64,000 nucleotides of DNA, taken from a virus. The stretch lies in IMG/VR virus record IMGVR_UViG_3300001682_000633. The stretch is one strand, 5' to 3'. Made by a program: the position numbers and the translations under genes. Positions 57,938-64,000 of this stretch are shown here, piece after piece. Position 1 is the first letter of the stretch; the number at the start of each line of letters is the position of its first letter. The notes beneath the pieces are model-generated. The model saw only the letters and a program-made list of their open reading frames with translations. It did no database searches and was not told the origin of the DNA.

Positions 57938-57986
57938 TCATAAACCCTTAGTTAGCAACAAAGTAAATCAATCAGAGGTAGCAAAA

Positions 57987-58289
57987 ATGAAAACCCATAC
58001 TCTCAAATTCAAAGGATATCATGGGCGACCCAAAAAGATCGCTGAGATCCGCGATCTGAACGAAGCAGGCCATCTCAAATCCGACCAGGATATTTTGGAT
58101 GAGGTGTTTTTGCTGATCCATGCGTTCTGCGCCGAGCGCAATTTCAAAATCTATTACACCCGTACTTGGAATCACAACGGCGTCACCATTTTTGATGTAG
58201 GGAGCCATACTGAGTTCTTTCATCTTACCCCGGCGGTCAGTCTCTACGCAGACACCACTTCATCAGAAAGGAGCGAACAAAATGGCTAA
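57987..58289 (+). CDS. Hypothetical protein
   Basis: YYTRTW...FDVGSHTEFF motif. Confidence 0.65.
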   Translation: MKTHTLKFKGYHGRPKKIAEIRDLNEAGHLKSDQDILDEVFLLIHAFCAERNFKIYYTRTWNHNGVTIFDVGSHTEFFHLTPAVSLYADTTSSERSEQNG

Positions 58290-58860
58290 GGTTTCAACCA
58301 GAACCCCGCCGCTCATTTCCCTTTATTTCTGCCAAGAAAGAGGCGACCCTGACTATGGGTCTTGCCTCTGGGCAGTTTTTAACTTCGATCTCGAACGGTA
58401 TGAGCTGTCCATTACATCCGACTGCGGAAACTACGCCTACGGTTGGGTTCCTACGCACAAGAGCGAGAGCTTTATGCACCTCATGGCAAGGTTAGACTCC
58501 GGCTATTTGCTGGATAAACTCGCCAGCCCGTGCGTTATCAACGAAGAAGCCACCTTTGAGGCTGTAAAAGAACTCATGGAGGCTTGGGGCGTTGATTTCT
58601 CAGAGACAGATCGTTGGGGAGACCCCGCATTCGATATGGACGAAATCAAAGACTGTTGCTATCAGAGCAACGAGCGAGATGTCCACGATGCCTTGGAGCA
58701 AAAGTTCGAGGGCACATCTATGGAGACCTGTGACGACTATGATCTCTGGAGCTGTATTCAAAAAGACTTCACGACCAACGCCAAGAAAATTGTGCAGGTC
58801 TTCATGGAATACATTCAGCCTGTGTGCAAAAAGATTTCTGATGACGAAAAGAGAGGTTGA
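58282..58860 (+). CDS. Hypothetical protein
   Basis: 192 aa, AAGGAG RBS. Confidence 0.65.
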   Translation: MAKVSTRTPPLISLYFCQERGDPDYGSCLWAVFNFDLERYELSITSDCGNYAYGWVPTHKSESFMHLMARLDSGYLLDKLASPCVINEEATFEAVKELMEAWGVDFSETDRWGDPAFDMDEIKDCCYQSNERDVHDALEQKFEGTSMETCDDYDLWSCIQKDFTTNAKKIVQVFMEYIQPVCKKISDDEKRG

Positions 58861-58861
58861 G

Positions 58862-59116
58862 ATGGCAGCAATAAAAATCCCCAAGTATATCCGCCAAAAA
58901 ATGCACCGCATCGCTCACCTTCACGCTACAGCAAACAAAGAAATGCAAGTAGTAGAAGCGTGGCTGGAAAATCAGGGCTTCGACACATCCATGCAGGGAC
59001 TGAGATGTGGAAACGGCTATTCTCTTGAAGAGCTGGATTATGGAAATGATTGCACCGACGAACTTTGCGAGAGCATGGAAAACGGTTTCGGTTTGGCAAA
59101 TGAAAGGAGCGTTTGA
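58862..59116 (+). CDS. Hypothetical protein
   Basis: GAGG RBS, starts MAAIKIPKY. Confidence 0.6.
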   Translation: MAAIKIPKYIRQKMHRIAHLHATANKEMQVVEAWLENQGFDTSMQGLRCGNGYSLEELDYGNDCTDELCESMENGFGLANERSV

Positions 59117-59117
59117 C

Positions 59118-59294
59118 ATGAAGCCCGGTGACAAAGTTGTAATGAACAACAAGTATTACGTGAGTGCGGAAAATAAAAGTCGCATCTGGACGGTAGCATC
59201 AGAGCAGTGGATGTGCTGTGGCACTCTCGTTGTAAAACTGAAAGGGAAATCTGGCGGCTATGCTGTTGATGGACTGGACATTATTTCCGAATGA
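59118..59294 (+). CDS. Hypothetical protein
   Basis: AAGGAG RBS, MKPGDKV. Confidence 0.55.
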   Translation: MKPGDKVVMNNKYYVSAENKSRIWTVASEQWMCCGTLVVKLKGKSGGYAVDGLDIISE

Positions 59295-59560
59295 AACGAG
59301 GCTTTCATATGTGCAAAGTATACGAGCGCCCGCCTCTTGTCCTAAGCGAAGGTATGAAGCTCTTTGCTGTCAACGCTGGATACCGTAAAACCGACGTAGG
59401 TACGAACTGGCATTATGTCCGAGCCAAGAATACCCGCGAAGCCCGCAAGCGCTTCAAAGACCGGATAACCTGGCTTGATGTCTATGGCATCCGTGAAGTT
59501 ACTGACGCCGCACTAATCCAAGATGTGCTTAGTTCTCCGAGAAAGTATATCTGCTTTTGA
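59291..59560 (+). CDS. Hypothetical protein
   Basis: 89 aa, coupled. Confidence 0.55.
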   Translation: MKRGFHMCKVYERPPLVLSEGMKLFAVNAGYRKTDVGTNWHYVRAKNTREARKRFKDRITWLDVYGIREVTDAALIQDVLSSPRKYICF

Positions 59561-59586
59561 CGGAGGGCAAAAGAGGAGAATAACCC

Positions 59587-59790
59587 ATGAGAGCAACAAA
59601 GCAATTCAATAACGTAGACACCCAGAGTAAAATCGCAATCAACACTGACGAGCTTCAAGCCATGTTGAGTTGTGGCCGGTATTCTGCCGTACAGATTGGC
59701 GAGGCTGCTGAGGCTCGTATCCAAATCGGGAAGCGAATCTTCTGGAATGTCGAAAAGATCAAAAGCTACATCAACTCTATTTCTGTATAG
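59587..59790 (+). CDS. Small excisionase-like DNA-binding protein
   Basis: ELQAMLSCGR..A..IGEAAEARIQIGKRIFWNVEKI. Confidence 0.5.
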   Translation: MRATKQFNNVDTQSKIAINTDELQAMLSCGRYSAVQIGEAAEARIQIGKRIFWNVEKIKSYINSISV

Positions 59791-59801
59791 GAGACTGCCG
59801 T

Positions 59802-60014
59802 ATGAACATGTACCTGACCATCATGGTGACAGTCTTAGTCCTTACTCAGATTGTCCGTATCGTTCAAAACACCATTCAGCTCCGCCGGCAGTATAAGCTG
59901 TTTCAGGCTCAACTCGGGCAGCTGGATGACATCACCCAAGAGGATCTTGATATGCAACGCAGAGCATATCGTTTGATCGTAGATCACTTTGAACGCAAGG
60001 GGAGTGAGGCGTAA
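59802..60014 (+). CDS. Small membrane protein
   Basis: Hydrophobic N-terminus. Confidence 0.6.
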   Translation: MNMYLTIMVTVLVLTQIVRIVQNTIQLRRQYKLFQAQLGQLDDITQEDLDMQRRAYRLIVDHFERKGSEA

Positions 60015-60637
60015 TGACCAAAGAAGAGGCTATCGCTGTCTTTGAATGTTTGGCAACAGAAATGACTGGAATTTTGGCAGGAATCCCAAAAAGCGAAGCC
60101 GCAGCGGATCAAATAAAAAGGCACATTGATGCCTATGATATAGCGATCTCCGCTCTTCGTATCCAGCAGAAGCAGGAGAGCGAATGTGCAAAGTGTAGTG
60201 GCATTGTGTATCGTCAAACAGATAGTGGGAAAATCATCCCCGTTGACCAGCGTTGCGGCGTAAAAATTACGCCTCCGTGCTACGTGCCTGATGGCGATGG
60301 ATGTGCTTATCAAATCTATGGAGACAACAACGACGAGCCAATCGCCCGCTGTAAGTCTTGCCCGTTGTGCCAGAGCGACAAGATCAGGCATAAACAAGAG
60401 CCGGCACACAATGATCCTCTAACCCTGGACGAGCTGCGGGAGGTAGCAAAGACCGGAGACCCTGTGTGGCTGGTGGGTATGGAAGATGGAGACGGCTGGC
60501 GACGTATTGACTACGTTGAACTTCTTACCATCGGATACTCATGTTTCGGAGACCCTGAACGCTGGTGTTTTCGGACAACAGGATATGGAGTACGTGTATT
60601 CGCCTACCGCCAGAGGCCGGAGGAGAATGCAGAATGA
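60014..60637 (+). CDS. Hypothetical (mosaic) protein
   Basis: 207 aa; NDPLTLDELRE module. Confidence 0.6.
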   Translation: MTKEEAIAVFECLATEMTGILAGIPKSEAAADQIKRHIDAYDIAISALRIQQKQESECAKCSGIVYRQTDSGKIIPVDQRCGVKITPPCYVPDGDGCAYQIYGDNNDEPIARCKSCPLCQSDKIRHKQEPAHNDPLTLDELREVAKTGDPVWLVGMEDGDGWRRIDYVELLTIGYSCFGDPERWCFRTTGYGVRVFAYRQRPEENAE

Positions 60638-60948
60638 CCTATTGTAACGATAAAGGAATGGCCTGCGAGTTAGCTACTATCAGTGGACATTGTTCAGTAA
60701 GCTCCTACCGAAAGGTGATACTTACTCCCAAAGGAAGCAGACCTATGAGTGAGCAAATGCAGAAGTTAGCAACCAGATACGAAAGAGCAACTGGCAAGAA
60801 GTTCTGTAATAACACCAACGCACGAAAAATACGCTCTATGTCCGATGATGAACTTGCGAAACTTTTTGCAACAATATCCGGTGACAAAGTTGGAGGCACA
60901 GCGAAATTTTGGCTTGAATGGCTCCAGCAGCCAGCGGAGGAGGATTGA
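60634..60948 (+). CDS. Hypothetical protein
   Basis: TNARKIRSMSDDELA...LEWLQQPAEE module. Confidence 0.6.
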   Translation: MTYCNDKGMACELATISGHCSVSSYRKVILTPKGSRPMSEQMQKLATRYERATGKKFCNNTNARKIRSMSDDELAKLFATISGDKVGGTAKFWLEWLQQPAEED

Positions 60949-61102
60949 ACATGAGCCTTGATACAAGATACTTAACCAACGGAAAGAAAACACTTTATAT
61001 AGCCATTGATAGTTCCAACAATCCACCAACACGATATGTCGGTGCAAATAAAGAGGACATACCGGAAAGTATTCGTGACCATTTGCCGAAGTTGGTGTTG
61101 TC

Positions 61103-61313
61103 AAGCGGCGGTACGGATTGGACAGGATCATGTGCCGACTGCCAGACACATCCATGACCTCCATTGCCATGGGCTTTTTTGCTGCAAATATGGAGCGCAA
61201 ACTGCGTCTCCTTTTTGTGCCTCTGAATGCTTGGGCGCTGGACTACGATTTTGATCTGGGTGAAATCATCCTTTTTCCAGTTATTGATGAAATGGTAGTC
61301 ATTCAGTAGACTC
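61103..61313 (+). mobile_element. IS5-family remnant (transposase 3' end and right end)
   Basis: KRRYGLDRIMCRLPDTSMTSIAMGFFAANMERKLRLLF resembles IS5-type transposase C-termini; ends TCATTCAGTAGACTC next to TAA. Confidence 0.6.
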
Positions 61314-61423
61314 TAATTATAGAGCCGAATGCGACACAAGATACGGTAATGATTTGTTCTGAAATCGAAGTGGAAGGAGTGTGTGATTACCATGGCGATA
61401 AAGAAAATTGGTATATCCCGTGA
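61313..61423 (+). pseudogene. 3' fragment of a HigB/RelE-type toxin gene
   Basis: LIIEPNATQDTVMICSEIEVEGVCDYHGDKENWYIP*; DYH terminus overlaps the higA start. Confidence 0.55.
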
Positions 61424-61967
61424 CTTGGTAATTCATCCGGGAGAAACGATTGCTGATGTGCTGGAAGATCGTGGTATCACGCAGGCAGAGTTAGCTGCGC
61501 GCACAGGAGTTTCGCCAGCGTATATAAGTAGTTTAATTTCCGGGAAAAAGAATATCTCTACTAAATTTGCAATGAGTTTGGAATATGCACTGAATGTTCC
61601 CAAGTCTTTCTGGTTGAATCTTCAAGCAAATTATGATGCAGAACTATTGGAACTAAATGAAAGCCAAACAGTCACAGAAGCTGAAAAGAAAGTCTGCCAG
61701 TCATTGACCGAAATAATCAAATATCTTAGAAAGCAACAGCTAATTCCTGTTGGTCAAAAAGTTGGTGAGCCACATTTCGTTGGGCCTGATATTTCCGCAA
61801 TTTTGCGTGTGCAGGATATTTTCTATCCAGATTTTCCGATGTGCGGACATCCTGATTATTCTGGTAAACGGTGTATCGCAGAAAGTTGTCAATACGCTGT
61901 CGATGGAGATTGGACGAAATGCCCATACTTCACAGGATATGAAATCAAGGAGGATGACCATGCCTGA
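61392..61967 (+). CDS. higA: HigA-family antitoxin HTH with unrelated C-terminal tail
   Basis: IHPGETIADVLEDRGITQAELA...FWLNLQANYD. Confidence 0.78.
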   Translation: MAIKKIGISRDLVIHPGETIADVLEDRGITQAELAARTGVSPAYISSLISGKKNISTKFAMSLEYALNVPKSFWLNLQANYDAELLELNESQTVTEAEKKVCQSLTEIIKYLRKQQLIPVGQKVGEPHFVGPDISAILRVQDIFYPDFPMCGHPDYSGKRCIAESCQYAVDGDWTKCPYFTGYEIKEDDHA

Positions 61968-62082
61968 TTTGAAACCGTGCTATGGAAAGTGCGATCTTTG
62001 CATTTGGAAATACAACGGCGGATGCTCTGAATGGAACGGGTGGGGCGCTAATTTAGAAAATGCAAAAAAAGAGCGTAGGTGA
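61960..62082 (+). CDS. Small Cys-rich peptide
   Basis: AAGGAGG RBS, MPDLKPCYGKCDLC. Confidence 0.5.
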   Translation: MPDLKPCYGKCDLCIWKYNGGCSEWNGWGANLENAKKERR

Positions 62083-62097
62083 AAACCCTACGCTCTT
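62069..62097. terminator. Bidirectional terminator
   Basis: AAGAGCGTAGG-TGAAAAC-CCTACGCTCTT with upstream A tract, between convergent genes. Confidence 0.75.
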
Positions 62098-62103
62098 ATA
62101 GCT

Positions 62104-62316
62104 TTAGACTTCTTCGCCGTTGTCATTACTAACGAACCGACCTTCAAAATGGCAATCCATAGCGTCGGCAATTTCTATCAATTCTCTCTCACTGAAATTG
62201 TCTCGCTTCAACTTGCCGCTGAGATTTTGAGAGGTACATCCGAGCCGAGAGGATAATTCTTTCAGGCTCATGTTGCGCTTGATCAGTGCAATCCGAATTT
62301 TCTCAGCCATTGGCAT
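62104..62316 (-). CDS. Small XRE-family HTH protein
   Basis: KIRIALIKRNMSLKELS..LGCTSQNLSGKLKRDNF; GGAGGTG RBS. Confidence 0.8.
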   Translation of the reverse strand: MPMAEKIRIALIKRNMSLKELSSRLGCTSQNLSGKLKRDNFSERELIEIADAMDCHFEGRFVSNDNGEEV

Positions 62317-62409
62317 AATAGCACCTCCCAACTTTTAATTTCATTGTAAACCGAACAACTACGAAAATCAATAGAAAATTTCAAGAGTAAGTAAATGATG
62401 ATTTTCTTC

Positions 62410-62438
62410 TTGACACAGGTAATCGCTCAAGATATTAT
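62410..62438 (+). promoter_or_regulatory. Sigma-A promoter of integrase
   Basis: TTGACA-17-TATTAT. Confidence 0.65.
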
Positions 62439-62483
62439 GTAACTGGAGAATTACCACCCATACAAAAGCAAGGAGGAGATAGT

Positions 62484-63758
62484 ATGGCTGGATTAAAACG
62501 AACGGACAACAAAGGCCGCATCCTTAAAGACGGCGAGTCCCAGAGAAAAGATGGGTCGTACCGATACCGTTACACTGATGCTGACGGCATCCGTCATGAC
62601 GTGTATAGTAAGCGGCTCGTTCCCACCGACCGTGTTCCTCCGGGCTGTAAAGATGACCTTAGCCTGAGAGAAAAGGAACGCAAAATCAACCGCGATCTGG
62701 AAGACGGGATCAAAGCTGCAGTCGAAAACAAAGCTACCCTCAATGATTTGTTTGAGCTGTATATGGCAAACAAACCCGAACTGAAAGATACCACCCGCAG
62801 CAACTATCTTTATATGTACAACAAGTACGTGCGAAATGATATTGGCAAGAAGAAAATTGCCAGTATTAAATACTCAGATGTCAAGGCTTTTTATAATAAG
62901 CTCATCAAAGAAAATGGCTTCAAGCCAAACTCAATGGAGATCATTCACACCATCATCCATCCTGTATTTACCTTGGCCGTCCGAGACAACTATATCCGTA
63001 TCAATCCAGCCACCGGCGCGATGGCAGAAATCAAAAAGAGCAACAACTGGGAGAAACCTAAGCGCCATTCATTGAGTATCGCAGAGCAGTCTGCTTTTAT
63101 TGAGTATGTAAGGGAGCATAAAGTTTATAATCATTGGCTCCCCGTTTTCACAGTTTTACTTGGTACAGGATGCCGCATTGGTGAAGTTGTAGGCTTGCGC
63201 TGGGAAGATTGCGATTTCGATGATGGGATTATCAGCATTAACCACAATATGGTTTATCGAAAGTATGTGGACGAAGAAAAAGCAAGGTTCCATATTGTAA
63301 CCCCCAAAACAGAGGCAGGTATCCGTATCGTTCCTATGCTGTCAGAGGTTAGGGCTGCTCTGGAAGCGGAATGGGAAACTCAAAAGATAATCGGGTTCAA
63401 TGAGTCTGTCGTTGATGGGTATACCGGCTTTATCTTCCAAAACCGATACGGCGATCCTCTTTCTCCTCACAGTGTCAACCGAGCCATAGATCGTATCTGT
63501 GCCGCCTATGTCGAAGACGAAACGGTACGGGCCGATCGGGAAGGGCGTGACCCCGTATTGATCCGGCATTTTTCCGCACACAACCTACGCCATACCTTCT
63601 GTACTCGCTTTTGCGAAAACGAAAAGAACATCAAGGTCATCCAAGAAATTATGGGTCACGCCGACATTGAAACCACGATGAACATTTACGCGGAAGCTAC
63701 CAAGGAGAAAAAGCAAGAGTCGTTCTCCAATCTCGAAGGGAAAATAAAAATCTCTTGA
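62484..63758 (+). CDS. int: Tyrosine integrase (Tn916-type N-terminal arm-binding domain)
   Basis: GESQRKDGSYRYRY; GCRIGE, PKT, HNLRH, MGH and NIY catalytic residues. Confidence 0.92.
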   Translation: MAGLKRTDNKGRILKDGESQRKDGSYRYRYTDADGIRHDVYSKRLVPTDRVPPGCKDDLSLREKERKINRDLEDGIKAAVENKATLNDLFELYMANKPELKDTTRSNYLYMYNKYVRNDIGKKKIASIKYSDVKAFYNKLIKENGFKPNSMEIIHTIIHPVFTLAVRDNYIRINPATGAMAEIKKSNNWEKPKRHSLSIAEQSAFIEYVREHKVYNHWLPVFTVLLGTGCRIGEVVGLRWEDCDFDDGIISINHNMVYRKYVDEEKARFHIVTPKTEAGIRIVPMLSEVRAALEAEWETQKIIGFNESVVDGYTGFIFQNRYGDPLSPHSVNRAIDRICAAYVEDETVRADREGRDPVLIRHFSAHNLRHTFCTRFCENEKNIKVIQEIMGHADIETTMNIYAEATKEKKQESFSNLEGKIKIS

Positions 63759-63771
63759 TGGAGGGCTTCAA

Positions 63772-64000
63772 ATGGGAAAGTTAATCGACCTCACCGGGCG
63801 AACATTTGATATGTTGACCGTTGTAAAAAGGGTAGACGATAGGAGGCCAGGTCGTCCTATGTGGCTATGCCAGTGTGAGTGTGGTAATACCGCTGTTATC
63901 TCTTCAACCAATTTGTTGAAGAAAAACGGAACAAAATCATGTGGATGTCTTCGGCACCAGCAATCACCTACCCTCATTGATCTGAAAGGTAAAACATTCG
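63772..64000 (+). CDS. Partial ORF with repeated DLTG..F..LTV/WLCQCECG modules (endonuclease-associated)
   Basis: MGKLIDLTGRTFDMLTV...WLCQCECG...SCGC...LIDLKGKTF; runs off the window. Confidence 0.6.
   Translation, partial: MGKLIDLTGRTFDMLTVVKRVDDRRPGRPMWLCQCECGNTAVISSTNLLKKNGTKSCGCLRHQQSPTLIDLKGKTF

Noticed and set aside
1..64000. CRISPR array, reverse transcriptase/retron, or stop-codon recoding
   Set aside because: No regularly spaced repeats, no RT motifs, and genes read intact in the standard code with all three stops used

Overview
This window is a 64-kb piece of a large temperate bacteriophage or prophage of a Firmicutes (Bacillota) host. GGAGG/GAGGTG ribosome sites, sigma-A promoters and gene content suggest a clostridial host; this is inference. 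Nearly all genes lie on the + strand and no virion genes are present. In order it contains: small early hypothetical genes and a DarB-like methylase-helicase (0-10 kb); an ImmA/XRE switch and an MrpR-like repressor (10-13 kb); a structured-RNA/tRNA cluster followed by DUF2828, IscS, RNA ligase and Pnk-HD genes (13.4-21.7 kb); DNA-modification genes (22-27.6 kb); an ABC/PspA/OmpA operon (28-32.5 kb); recombination and replication genes including a group I intron-split DNA polymerase III alpha (32.6-42.8 kb); nucleotide metabolism (43-49 kb); more methylases, Thg1 and an RlmN-like enzyme (50-57 kb); and an IS5/higBA scar and a tyrosine integrase (61-63.8 kb). The most striking signal is an array of tRNA-shaped RNAs and a free-standing anticodon stem-loop that all carry a conserved AAY-stem...stem-NNACAGCAA module. 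The array sits upstream of a Ro60/TROVE-like DUF2828 protein and an RNA end-healing/sealing pathway, making it a candidate phage tRNA-decoy/repair RNP system. Other notable signals are two frameshifting G8/C8 tracts in DNA-modification genes, an orphan DGR-like target, a repeated operator-like motif and a second, bipartite promoter-like motif. All family calls come from motif recognition by eye; no database searches were run.
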